This document shows positions 1 through 9,484 of a DNA stretch of 64,000 nt, in pieces. The notes under the pieces are model-generated. The model ran no database searches, was not told the origin of the DNA, and saw only the letters and a list, made by a program, of their open reading frames with translations. Every line of letters starts with the position of its first letter. Position 1 is the stretch's first letter. The stretch lies in contig JBCNVN010000001.1 in NCBI GenBank assembly GCA_039630055.1, positions 1 through 64,000 on the forward strand, read 5' to 3'. Origin of the DNA: Candidatus Caldarchaeales archaeon (lineage in GTDB: Archaea > Thermoproteota > Nitrososphaeria_A > Caldarchaeales > Wolframiiraptoraceae). A program made the position numbers and the translations under genes.

Positions 1-159
1 GATTGTCATCCAAGATATTGTTATCATGGCCCATATTATTAGCATTAACCAGAGAGGTTTAACATCTGTAAGTCTCAATACTATTAGTAATGTTATTGGA
101 GGCGTAGTCATCAAGATCGCTAGCATCGAGGACTCTATGAAGAATTCTTTAAAGTTCAT
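1..159 (-). CDS. Small membrane protein, 5' part only (runs off window edge)
   Basis: Manual translation MNFKEFFIESSMLAILMTTPPITLLIVLRLTDVKPLWLMLIIWAMITISWMTI; ATG overlaps the stop of the upstream ORF (ATGA coupling); hydrophobic. Confidence 0.6.
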   Translation of the reverse strand, partial: MNFKEFFIESSMLAILMTTPPITLLIVLRLTDVKPLWLMLIIWAMITISWMTI

Positions 160-779
160 CTATCTTTCACCACTCTATAAGGCTCAGATATTATTTCTAT
201 CTTTGGATCTTGCTCAAGCCCTATTGCTTCCTCCCAAGAAACGTATGATGCAGGATATACGAATTTTACGATATAGTATCCAGCGATCTTGAGTGCTGAG
301 GCCAAGGCTGAGTATATGACCAGCTTATTATTGGCGGTGCTTATCTTTATGAGCGGGATCATCAATCCTTCTCTAGACATAAAGACATATACTCTATCTC
401 CATCTTCATCTACCATCCGCCTAATCCTACTTCTAAGATCTCTAAGTCTAGGTATATGGAAAGCGATCAGCCCTATCAATCCTGTTAATCCTATGAGTAG
501 AGCCCAGAAAGTATCACTTCTTCTAGCTACATATTCTCTCAATCCTCTCTTTACATATTCTTCTATATCCATGAACTTCTCTATCTTGAATACTCTCTTG
601 TTATCGATGTTCACATAGACAGATCTTGAATGAATTAGAAGTATCTTCGACCTGTACCCTATAGGTGTAGAGTAGCTTATCTCCAAATTACTTGAGGGGA
701 TATTCTGATGGATAACCTCTAAACTCAATCTTATGACATCTCTCTTACGAGCTAGGTCAACTATCCTAGAAGTATACAT
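156..779 (-). CDS. Hypothetical protein with one central TM helix
   Basis: 207-aa ORF, hydrophobic stretch FWALLIGLTGLIGLIAF, co-oriented with neighbours. Confidence 0.7.
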   Translation of the reverse strand: MYTSRIVDLARKRDVIRLSLEVIHQNIPSSNLEISYSTPIGYRSKILLIHSRSVYVNIDNKRVFKIEKFMDIEEYVKRGLREYVARRSDTFWALLIGLTGLIGLIAFHIPRLRDLRSRIRRMVDEDGDRVYVFMSREGLMIPLIKISTANNKLVIYSALASALKIAGYYIVKFVYPASYVSWEEAIGLEQDPKIEIISEPYRVVKDR

Positions 780-807
780 CTAATGCCTCAATATCCTAAG
801 AGGTTTT

Positions 808-1350
808 TTAACGTTTCTCTATAGGATAGAGTTTTGACTTTAAGATAGCTGTAAGTAGCAGGTTTCCCAGCAGTACAATCGCGATGAAGCTTCCGATGAA
901 TATAGATAGCCAGAATGCGGGTAAGCCTGGGAGAACGAATGAGTAGATATCATATCTTTCTGGAGAACCGAAGATAAACCATAGATATGTTCCAACTATA
1001 ATAGATACTATTATTGACTGTATGAGAGTACTGGTTAAGAAGAATTTACTGGTATGTTTTATGCAGATCTTCCAACCGACGTAGCAAGATACGAAGTTTG
1101 CTAGGGATCCGCCGATTACATCTATAAATGTCCAGCCTACGAAGAATACTTGTCCAGCGACAAAGTTAGATACTGCACATCCTATGGTTAGTCCGATGAT
1201 GGAGGGCCATCCAAAAAGGATGCTCAGAGGTATTAATGCATCTGCAAACCTAACCTGAAATGGTAAGAAGCTTATCAGGGCTAAAGCTATAACTAGTACA
1301 GCGTAGAGAGATGCGAACATCGATGCTAGAACTATGTTCTTCTTCATCAA
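808..1350 (-). CDS. queT: QueT-family transporter (ECF S-component-like, queuosine precursor)
   Basis: YAVLVIALALISFLPFQVRFADAL signature, IGLTIGCAVSN, multiple TM helices. Confidence 0.8.
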   Translation of the reverse strand: MMKKNIVLASMFASLYAVLVIALALISFLPFQVRFADALIPLSILFGWPSIIGLTIGCAVSNFVAGQVFFVGWTFIDVIGGSLANFVSCYVGWKICIKHTSKFFLTSTLIQSIIVSIIVGTYLWFIFGSPERYDIYSFVLPGLPAFWLSIFIGSFIAIVLLGNLLLTAILKSKLYPIEKR

Positions 1351-1508
1351 TACGGGTCTTTTGTTAATATGGAGGAGTTTCTAAAAAAGATTTAAGAACC
1401 TAGATAATTGATTATTGTAGGAAGAGTTGATTTTTCTAGGTCTATTCATCTCTAAGATGTTTATGATGGTTAAATCTATATTTAGCATGGTTTCATCTAT
1501 CTTGGAGG

Positions 1509-1880
1509 ATGTCAACAGTCCCAGATTCTTTACCTGAAGTTATAAGGATAAAGATATGGAGGTTTAGAGAAGATATGCTAAGAGGTGGAGATATAGTATC
1601 TGATGATTTTTTCTCAAGTTTGGGATTAGGTTTTAAGGAGAAGCTAATCGAGGCTGACGCCAAGTATGAAGAACATCTCAAGAAGATACATGATGAGTAT
1701 GGGTTGAGCATGAATGAAGAATATGTATGGACCCTTCCAGAACCTGCCATACTCACATTATCTAGAGATGAATTAGAGAAGGAATCTAAGATAGTATTAG
1801 ATGTATTGTTGAGGGGGCCGATAAATTTAAGATATTGTGACAAGCTTTATAGGCTAGTATTAGAGTATCCTTGTGGTTAA
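1509..1880 (+). CDS. Hypothetical soluble protein
   Basis: 123-aa ORF preceded by GGAGG; typical host codon usage. Confidence 0.7.
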   Translation: MSTVPDSLPEVIRIKIWRFREDMLRGGDIVSDDFFSSLGLGFKEKLIEADAKYEEHLKKIHDEYGLSMNEEYVWTLPEPAILTLSRDELEKESKIVLDVLLRGPINLRYCDKLYRLVLEYPCG

Positions 1881-1915
1881 AAGGATAAAAACTGGTATTG
1901 GATAAGATAGTTTAG

Positions 1916-2059
1916 GCGGGGGTAGCCAAGTCTGGTCAAAGGCGCAGGGCTTAGGAGGATTTGGAAGATAATAGACGGCTGGTTATTCCAAGGCTAAGAG
2001 ACCCTGAAGATTTTGGGGATTCCCATAGGGGTTCGTGGGTTCAAATCCCACCCCCCGCA
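1916..2059 (+). tRNA. tRNA-Leu(TAG) with two introns (1956-2000 at 37/38; 2007-2020 at 43/44)
   Basis: Acceptor stem GCGGGGG/CCCCCGC, anticodon arm CAGGG-CT-TAG-G|A-CCCTG, T-arm GTGGG-TTCAAAT-CCCAC; removing both inserts restores the standard variable arm TCCCATAGGGGTTC. Confidence 0.9.
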
Positions 2060-2432
2060 CATGTATGATCCATAGATTCATAGATGATAAAGCTTCTCCA
2101 AAAGATCTAGCTATTCTTTCTATGAGTATCTTGTATCTCGAGTAATATCATATTGGGATGTTTTAGTGATGATGTTGAAGGTTTTAGATAGGGATGGTTA
2201 CTCTTATTTTACGATTTCGGTTTATAGATTTGTAGATCATCCTTAAGATCTTAAAAAGGAGAATATACTAATTCAATACTATGGCCCTATCCGAAATACA
2301 TGTATCGATAGAAGAGAAGACTGAGAGAATCTATGCAAGAGAGATTCTTAGTCCTTAATTTCTTAAGTATATATCTTCTCATTCCTTTTTTCATACCAAA
2401 AGTTTTTTAACCTCCTTTGAAAGATATAGAGG

Positions 2433-2741
2433 TTGAAGTTTATGAAGAGGTCGGATGTTAAGGTACCCGTTTTACCTGTTGTATATGTCACCCACGATGA
2501 AGAGAAGTATACGATCGAGATCGAGTTGGCTGGAGTTGAGAAGGATAAGATAAGCCTCGAGGTGAGTGAGAGAGGATTCTGTGTCAGGGCGCCTAGAGAA
2601 GACATAGAGTATTTCGGATGCTGGACTCTATCCCACGATGTTAAACCAGAAGAGGCCAAGGCAACTTTCAAGAGCGGGCTCTTAACCGTAACGATTCCTC
2701 TTGCGAAACCCATGAAGGGAAGGGAAGTCCCAATAGAATAG
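2433..2741 (+). CDS. Small heat-shock protein (Hsp20/alpha-crystallin)
   Basis: IELAGVEKDKI and AKATFKSGLLTVTIP motifs. Confidence 0.9.
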   Translation: MKFMKRSDVKVPVLPVVYVTHDEEKYTIEIELAGVEKDKISLEVSERGFCVRAPREDIEYFGCWTLSHDVKPEEAKATFKSGLLTVTIPLAKPMKGREVPIE

Positions 2742-2875
2742 ATACCGGCCACATCGTAATCTCCTCAATTATTTTCATGGAAAAAATTCTAGGATCCTGA
2801 AGGAGTGGGCCACGTTCCTTATCTTTGAGAGTTTGTAGATGAATTCTTATCTAAAGGTTAGATAAATTAATCGAT

Positions 2876-3697
2876 ATGGATCTCGCTATCATAGGTTTAG
2901 GAGCATTCGGTTCATGGCTCGTTCAACAATATCTCGATCTAGGCTTAAAGATTAAAGCGTATGACTTAGATTTGGAGAAAGCTACTAAATTTGAGCCTCT
3001 TGGGGTCACTATATGTAGAGATTTAGGAGAAGCTGTTAAAGATGTAGATGTAGTGATAATATCTGTAGCTTTAGGTAGTGCTCACCGCATAATAATGGAT
3101 GCGTCAAAAGATATGGAGAGGGGGATAATAGTAGATGTATCATCTCTTAAGAAGCCTGTTTACAGTACTTTGAAGAATCTTCCCAAAAGCTTGAAGCCTG
3201 TATGCATCCATCCTTTGTTCGGTCCATCTTCTAAAGGATTCGTGGGTAAGGTTGTGGCCCTCATACCTGTAAGAGATGTAGTAGAGGAATTAGATATTGC
3301 TGAGAAGATGATGCCGGGGGCAAGATTTGTAAGTGTAACGGCTGAAGAGCACGATGAGGCCATGGCATACATACTCTCACTAACCCATATACTATCTCTA
3401 GCAATAGTAGATTTGCTTAAAGATGTAGAAGAGAAAAAGTATGGAGAACTTTCTGGAACAAGTTTTAAACAAATGTGTAAGATGGTCGACCTAGTTCTCA
3501 GCGAGAGTAGAGAGACGCTCACATCAATAATCTACTATAATGAAGATACAGAAAAGATATTTAAGAGATTACTAGATAACCTCTATAAGATATATGAACT
3601 TATAATTGTGAAAGATTATGAAGGGTTAAAGAAATATATTGAAGAAACTAAGGAAAATTATTCTAAACTAGAATTCTTAAAAAAGATATTGTTATAA
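2876..3697 (+). CDS. tyrA: Prephenate/arogenate dehydrogenase
   Basis: GLGAFG Rossmann motif, DVSSLK, HPLFGP, EEHDEAMA. Confidence 0.9.
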   Translation: MDLAIIGLGAFGSWLVQQYLDLGLKIKAYDLDLEKATKFEPLGVTICRDLGEAVKDVDVVIISVALGSAHRIIMDASKDMERGIIVDVSSLKKPVYSTLKNLPKSLKPVCIHPLFGPSSKGFVGKVVALIPVRDVVEELDIAEKMMPGARFVSVTAEEHDEAMAYILSLTHILSLAIVDLLKDVEEKKYGELSGTSFKQMCKMVDLVLSESRETLTSIIYYNEDTEKIFKRLLDNLYKIYELIIVKDYEGLKKYIEETKENYSKLEFLKKILL

Positions 3698-3810
3698 GTT
3701 GTAGCTTTTTCCATCCTATTTAAACCATTAATGATTTTAGAAATATTGGAAAAATACTTCCTATCATCCATAGAGCTAAAAGATTTATTGTAGCCTGAAT
3801 AATTATCGTT

Positions 3811-4434
3811 ATGGATATTTATAGAATTGGAGACATAAAGTACTTGAAAGTTTCTTGGAAGCGTTTAGAAGAGATTGTAGAAGAACTTTCAAAGAAGATC
3901 TCTAGAGATTATGAGTTCGATCTTCTCGTAGGGATACTTAGGGGAGGTTTAGTCGTCGCCCATCTACTCTCAGATATAATGGGGATAGACGAGATCTATC
4001 CAATAGGATGCAGTAGCTATGTAGACGTATATAAACGCTCAAAGCTTAAGATATATCATCCTCTCATCTTAAATGACTTAAAGAAAAAAAGAGTACTAGT
4101 AGTAGATGATGTAGCAGATAGCGGTGTAACATTGAAGAGCATTATTGAAAAGGTTATAGCTCCGAAGAATCCAGAAGATTGTAAGACTGCAACTCTTCAT
4201 ATTAAACCTTGGAGCATCTTTAAGCCAGACTATTATGTTGAGATGGTGGATGCATGGATAGTCTATCCATGGGAGAAGTACGAGATGATAAGACTCCTTG
4301 GTCCAAAATTTATAGAGTTATTAGGAGAAGAGAAGGCGGTAACAGAGTTGGCAGAGATCATAGATAAAGATAGGAGTAAAGTGAGAGAGATACTTTTAGC
4401 TGTAAGCTCTACAAGTAACACCACGGTTTCCTAA
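3811..4434 (+). CDS. Purine phosphoribosyltransferase (type I PRTase)
   Basis: GILRGG, VLVVDDVADSGVTL PRPP loop, WIVYPWE. Confidence 0.9.
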   Translation: MDIYRIGDIKYLKVSWKRLEEIVEELSKKISRDYEFDLLVGILRGGLVVAHLLSDIMGIDEIYPIGCSSYVDVYKRSKLKIYHPLILNDLKKKRVLVVDDVADSGVTLKSIIEKVIAPKNPEDCKTATLHIKPWSIFKPDYYVEMVDAWIVYPWEKYEMIRLLGPKFIELLGEEKAVTELAEIIDKDRSKVREILLAVSSTSNTTVS

Positions 4435-4555
4435 TCCATAATAATCATTAGATGTAAATAGTACATATAGAGGGATATCTTGCAATCTAAGAGGTATAAG
4501 AAAAAGAGATAGATTGTGAGATCTAAATAGTGAGGTTTCTGAGAATATTTATCAA

Positions 4556-5902
4556 TTGAGAGATTGGGTTTTAGGGTGGGGTCTAGAGATGGGGCATGGA
4601 GGCCTAAGGCTTTACGCTGAGATATATGGATGTACAGCGAGTCTAGCCGATGGAGAGATAGCTCTAGGATTATTTAATGAGGCTGGCTGGAAGATCGTGA
4701 ATAGACCGGATGATGCAGACCTTATCCTACTAGTAACATGCGCTGTTAAGAAGCCTACTAGTGATAGAATGCTTCACAGAATTAAGAAGTTAAAAACCTA
4801 TGGAAAGAAGATGGTGATAACTGGATGTATGGCCTCTGGAGAGGGAGAGAGAATAAAACACGTGGCACCTGATTCTATACTAGTTCATCCTAGATCTATT
4901 TTACGAATAGTAGAGGCAGTCGAAAAGGAGATAGACTTGATGGATGAAGATCTTGTGGAGAAGCTTGATCAACCAAGAGTTTTAAAGAATAAGGTTGTTG
5001 GGATAGTTCCAGTCTCGGAGGGATGTAGATGGAGTAGGTGTGGATTCTGCATAGTTCCATTCACTCGAGGCAGATTCTTTAGCTACCAGATGGATAAGAT
5101 AATTGAAGAAGCATATAGATTGATCTCTAGAGGCGTTAAAGAGATATGGCTTACAAGTCAAGATATGGGTAGCTATGGACTAGATCAAGGGAGAAACCTT
5201 CTACCAGAGCTGGTGAGAAAAATATCTATGATTCCTGGAGAATTCTGGATAAGGATCGGTATGATGAACCCCATATACTTGAAGCCAATACTCCGAGATC
5301 TAAGTGAAGTATATCTCCATCCAAAAGTCTACAAATTCTTACATCTCCCAGTCCAGACAGGGTCGGATAAGATACTGAGATTGATGGATAGAGGATACAC
5401 CATCTCATTATTTAAAGAGATAGTATACTTCATGAAGAGTAAAATAGATAGACTCAATCTCTCAACAGATATTATCGTAGGTTATCCTGGAGAAGATGAG
5501 GAAGACTTCGAGGATACTTTAAGACTGCTGAGAGAGGTGGAACCAGACTCTGTAAATATCTCAAAGTTTTTTCCGAGACCTAGAACACCTGCAGAGAAGC
5601 TTACACAATTAGATCCAAAGATAATTAAAGAAAGGAGTAGGATCATCACTAATTTAGCTTCGAGTATTGCATATAAGAAGAATCTTAGATGGATTGGATG
5701 GGTAGGGACTGCGCTGGTAGATGAAGTAGGAGAGCGTGGAGAGGCGATCGCTAGAAACATAGAGTATAAACCAATAGTATTGAGGGGGGAGAATGGATCA
5801 ACTCTTCTCGGTAAGTGGGTGGAGGTAGAGGTTTTAGATGCTAGACCCCACTGTCTAACCGGTAGATTGAAGAAGGTCTTAGATGAAGATGACAGCATAT
5901 AA
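4556..5902 (+). CDS. MiaB-like tRNA methylthiotransferase (archaeal e-MtaB type); true start probably near 4589
   Basis: UPF0004 cysteines (YGC, VTC, TGC), radical-SAM cysteine triad, HLPVQTGSD, DIIVGYPGE, C-terminal TRAM-like domain. Confidence 0.9.
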   Translation: MRDWVLGWGLEMGHGGLRLYAEIYGCTASLADGEIALGLFNEAGWKIVNRPDDADLILLVTCAVKKPTSDRMLHRIKKLKTYGKKMVITGCMASGEGERIKHVAPDSILVHPRSILRIVEAVEKEIDLMDEDLVEKLDQPRVLKNKVVGIVPVSEGCRWSRCGFCIVPFTRGRFFSYQMDKIIEEAYRLISRGVKEIWLTSQDMGSYGLDQGRNLLPELVRKISMIPGEFWIRIGMMNPIYLKPILRDLSEVYLHPKVYKFLHLPVQTGSDKILRLMDRGYTISLFKEIVYFMKSKIDRLNLSTDIIVGYPGEDEEDFEDTLRLLREVEPDSVNISKFFPRPRTPAEKLTQLDPKIIKERSRIITNLASSIAYKKNLRWIGWVGTALVDEVGERGEAIARNIEYKPIVLRGENGSTLLGKWVEVEVLDARPHCLTGRLKKVLDEDDSI

Positions 5903-7028
5903 TTCTATAGTAGTACATTATGGTGAGTTAACACTAAAACGTGGGAGGAGGCCGATGTATGAAAAGATGCTAAAGAGAAATCTTGAGAAAACTTTGGATA
6001 TGAAGTTGAAAAGATTAAGAGGAAGACTTATAGTGAGAGTAAAGAATGGTGATAGTAGGTTATTATGCGATAAGATAGGTAGGGTTTTTGGAGTATCCTG
6101 GTATGCTCCAGCAATTCGTATAAAAGGAGATATTCAAGAAGTAATAGATAATATTATCGAGGTTTTTAAAGATGAGAATGTAAAAAGTTTTAAGATAGTT
6201 GTTAAGAGAAGTGATAAAACTTTTCCTTTAACATCTATCGAGCTAGCGGAGAATATCGGAAGAGAAGTATCTGAGAGGCTGAACATCAAAGTAGATCTGA
6301 AGAACCCGGAGAAGAAAGCATATGTAGAGGTTACAGAGGATGGCTTCTATGTTCTCTTCGATAAAATCAAAGGTCTAGGAGGCTTACCCACAGGCTCTTC
6401 TGGAAGGATCTTATCTCTTCTCTCGGGCGGCATAGATTCGCCTGTGGCCGCGTGGATGATGATGAAGCGTGGATGTGATGTAGACCTACTACATATTCAT
6501 CCATTTCTAAGAAATGAAGAAGTACTGGAGACGAAGATAGAGAAGATAGCTAGAAGCTTATCCAGCTATAGTCTAGGATTAACATTGTATCTATCATCAT
6601 TTAAACCGTTTTTCATAAAGTCTTTTGAGATACCTCCAAAAATGATCTTAGTAACCTTCAGAGCATATATCTTAAGAGTTGCAGATAGACTGGCGAAGAA
6701 TAGAGGATATCTGGGGATAGCTACTGGAGATAGCTTAGGACAAGCAGCATCTCAAACTCTTGAAAACCTCTATGCTGTGAATACATTTTCTCAGACTCCA
6801 GTTTATAGTCCGTTGATAGGTATGGATAAACAAGAGATAGTAGACCTTGCAAAGAAGATTGGAACGTATAATTATAGTATAGAAAAATATAGAGATTGCT
6901 GTTCGATAATAGCTAGACACCCTGAGACTAGAGCTACCTTAGAAGACCTGAGAAAGATATGGGATGAACATAATCTAGAAGAGGCGGTAGATCAAACCTT
7001 TTCCGATCTAGCCGAATATAGGTTTTAG
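5883..7028 (+). CDS. thiI: tRNA 4-thiouridine synthase, no rhodanese domain
   Basis: THUMP domain, GLGGLP, PP-loop SGGIDS, GDSLGQAASQT. Confidence 0.92.
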   Translation: MKMTAYNSIVVHYGELTLKRGRRPMYEKMLKRNLEKTLDMKLKRLRGRLIVRVKNGDSRLLCDKIGRVFGVSWYAPAIRIKGDIQEVIDNIIEVFKDENVKSFKIVVKRSDKTFPLTSIELAENIGREVSERLNIKVDLKNPEKKAYVEVTEDGFYVLFDKIKGLGGLPTGSSGRILSLLSGGIDSPVAAWMMMKRGCDVDLLHIHPFLRNEEVLETKIEKIARSLSSYSLGLTLYLSSFKPFFIKSFEIPPKMILVTFRAYILRVADRLAKNRGYLGIATGDSLGQAASQTLENLYAVNTFSQTPVYSPLIGMDKQEIVDLAKKIGTYNYSIEKYRDCCSIIARHPETRATLEDLRKIWDEHNLEEAVDQTFSDLAEYRF

Positions 7029-7068
7029 ATAAATATTTAAACAGGCCTACTAGATAATCTATCTATCG

Positions 7069-7707
7069 ATGAGCATCTCGATCGATAATAAAACTATTGC
7101 ATTGATTGGTGGAACTGGAAACCTCGGTAGAGGTCTAGCATTGAGATGGGCTAAGTCTTCTCTAAAAACAGTTATAGGCTCACGTAATAGAGAGAAGGCT
7201 GAGAAGGTAGCAAGCCATCTAACAGAGATCGTTGGCAAACCTATCTATGGGTTAACGAATGAAGAGGCATCTAAGATAGGGGAGATAATAATCTTATCGA
7301 TACCTTTCGAGGGATTAGATCATATACTCGGCAGCATAACTCCATATATCGATAATAAGATCGTTATCTCAACTATCGTTGCACATTCAGGGTCTTTGAA
7401 GTCTGCTGGAGAGACTGTGAGAGAGCGTCTACCAAGATCCGTTAAGGTTGCCTCAGCATTCCAGAACATCGGATACAAAGCCCTTCTAGATCTTGATAGA
7501 GAGGTAGAATGCGATGTTGTCGTGTGTGGTGATGAAGAAGCAAAGAGCGTATGCATACAGTTAGCTGAAAAGATACCTGGTGTGAGAGCGCTTGATGGTG
7601 GCCCTATAGAGAACTCTAGGACGATCGAGAACATGACCCACTTCTTAATCTATCTCAGTAAAAAATATAAGAAGTCTTCTCCATGTATAAGATTTTCAGG
7701 GATCTAG
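7069..7707 (+). CDS. npdG: NADPH-dependent F420 reductase
   Basis: GGTGNLGRGLALRW, IGSRNREKA, SAFQN, ALDGGPIENSR. Confidence 0.88.
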   Translation: MSISIDNKTIALIGGTGNLGRGLALRWAKSSLKTVIGSRNREKAEKVASHLTEIVGKPIYGLTNEEASKIGEIIILSIPFEGLDHILGSITPYIDNKIVISTIVAHSGSLKSAGETVRERLPRSVKVASAFQNIGYKALLDLDREVECDVVVCGDEEAKSVCIQLAEKIPGVRALDGGPIENSRTIENMTHFLIYLSKKYKKSSPCIRFSGI

Positions 7708-8390
7708 ATTATCTTGAACTCGTTGAAGACTGATATCATCAGGTAGACTCCGATTATTACTAAAATGATCGAGAGCGCTAATGATAATAATTCTATGTGT
7801 ATGTGTCTCAAGAACTTTTTACCTTTATGTGTTAAATATGAGATAAAACCAAGCCATGCATAATCTAACCATACATGGAATATATACATTATTAAGACGC
7901 CTAGAAGTGATGCATAAGCTAGAAAGCTTGTGATCAATGTTAAACCGACACTCATCCACCATATGATGAAATATGGGTTAAGACTAGTAAAGATGAATCC
8001 GATGAGAATAGCTTGGAAAACGCCTCTCCCGTTTAAGGAAGAATATTTTACCATTCGAGGATCATCTTGGAGCTCTATAGAATTTCTACGAGACCTAAAC
8101 ATTGCTAGAAGAGACCGGATCTCGATTAATCCAAAGATTATCAGAGCTGTTGAGCCTGCTAAACCGATAGAGAACTTTACTAAAGGATTATCTATAAAGG
8201 ATGCTATGCCGATGGAGATCGCTATTACTAGTGGAAGCTCGAATGCTGTATGCCCAAGAGACACTAGTAAGCCAGCCTTCTTACCATGTCCGAGAGAATA
8301 TCTTATGGTTGCTACGGTAAGTGGGCCGGGGGAGAGGGCGCCTGAAGATGAAACCACTACGACAAGCAGTAAGAGACTTAACAGATCCAC
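7704..8390 (-). CDS. LysE-family translocator
   Basis: SGALSPGPL, GHTAFE, LNPYFIIWW. Confidence 0.88.
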   Translation of the reverse strand: MDLLSLLLLVVVVSSSGALSPGPLTVATIRYSLGHGKKAGLLVSLGHTAFELPLVIAISIGIASFIDNPLVKFSIGLAGSTALIIFGLIEIRSLLAMFRSRRNSIELQDDPRMVKYSSLNGRGVFQAILIGFIFTSLNPYFIIWWMSVGLTLITSFLAYASLLGVLIMYIFHVWLDYAWLGFISYLTHKGKKFLRHIHIELLSLALSIILVIIGVYLMISVFNEFKII

Positions 8391-8533
8391 TAAGATCTGT
8401 TCTATTACTCTATAGAGAGATAGATTAACTTTACTCTTTTACCTATACCCCTAGACATAGTGAAGCTGACCAAAAGTTAGAAATAATAAACCCTAAAATA
8501 ATGCTGACAGGCTAGACATTAACGAGGGGAAGT

Positions 8534-8633
8534 GGCCGCGGTGAGGTAGCGGTTAGCCTTCCGGCCTGTGGACTAGTATGAATAGAGGCTGGGGAGAGAG
8601 CCGGATGCCTGGGTTCGAATCCCAGCCGCGGCC
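8534..8633 (+). tRNA. tRNA-His(GTG) with 27-nt intron (8572-8598 at 37/38) and genomically encoded G-1
   Basis: G-GCCGCGG/CCGCGGC-C acceptor, CCGGC-CT-GTG-G|A-GCCGG anticodon arm, CTGGG-TTCGAAT-CCCAG T-arm. Confidence 0.92.
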
Positions 8634-8788
8634 TAAGACATGATCCTAGACCCAATTTTCTATGTTTGCTGACGATTTCTATTTGAGATAGAATACTCAT
8701 GGAGATATTGGAAGCTATGTTGGAGCTTGGAGGATTGGATATATAACTATCATGGAATTACTCCGTTCTAAAAAGTAGATTAATATAA

Positions 8789-9340
8789 TTGTCTAGAAGG
8801 TTTAGTTGTATGAAGTTTCCGTCAATGATCCTGGTCGTCTTTTTCATCATAGGATTGGTTTTGGGTTTTGTCTCAGGTTCACTAATCAATGTATACACTA
8901 CAACTACTACTCTTTTCAATCCTACGACGATAATTTCCCTAGAAGAGAAGACTACTACGAGCACGGTAACCGTAACAATCACTGAGATAACTAACAAGAC
9001 TAATAGAGATAGAGACTCTTCATGCGTAGTCTTTAGAACCAGTAAAGATTTATACAAGATATCGGAAGAAGTCGTCCTAATCTTAGAGAATGATTGTAGT
9101 TATACCTTGACACTTCCTAATCCTGCTCCCTGGTCTATAATAGATGTAGAGGGTGGGATAATCTATTCTCCATTGGCGATACAGGTTATTATAGATGTTA
9201 AACCTGGTGGAGTGTTAGTATGGGTTTGGGATCAGAAGAACGATCTAGGAGAATATGTATCAGCTGGAGTATATTATGCAAAACTGCGCACTTTAGATGC
9301 GGGTATACATGTAGTCGGGTTCGAGATTATCGAGACCTAG
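8789..9340 (+). CDS. Membrane-anchored surface protein with Thr-rich linker and C-terminal Ig-like domain
   Basis: N-terminal TM helix, poly-Thr tract, WVWDQKNDLGEYVSAGVYY resembling FlgD/BsuPI-type Ig folds. Confidence 0.7.
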   Translation: MSRRFSCMKFPSMILVVFFIIGLVLGFVSGSLINVYTTTTTLFNPTTIISLEEKTTTSTVTVTITEITNKTNRDRDSSCVVFRTSKDLYKISEEVVLILENDCSYTLTLPNPAPWSIIDVEGGIIYSPLAIQVIIDVKPGGVLVWVWDQKNDLGEYVSAGVYYAKLRTLDAGIHVVGFEIIET

Positions 9341-9484
9341 CCAGAATCTCCACCTCATGAGAAGCAATTAAATCGACTCGTGTCGAATTGTTCATACTGA
9401 ATCTTTTAATATTTATAGTCTAGATTAAGATTTTTTAACGGCTTCTCGATATTTAAAATATGTAATTGTTAGGGGTGTTGATGT

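Noticed and set aside
2060-2430. Possible integrated element or att site after tRNA-Leu
   Set aside because: No integrase and no duplicated tRNA 3' end seen; only short broken frames
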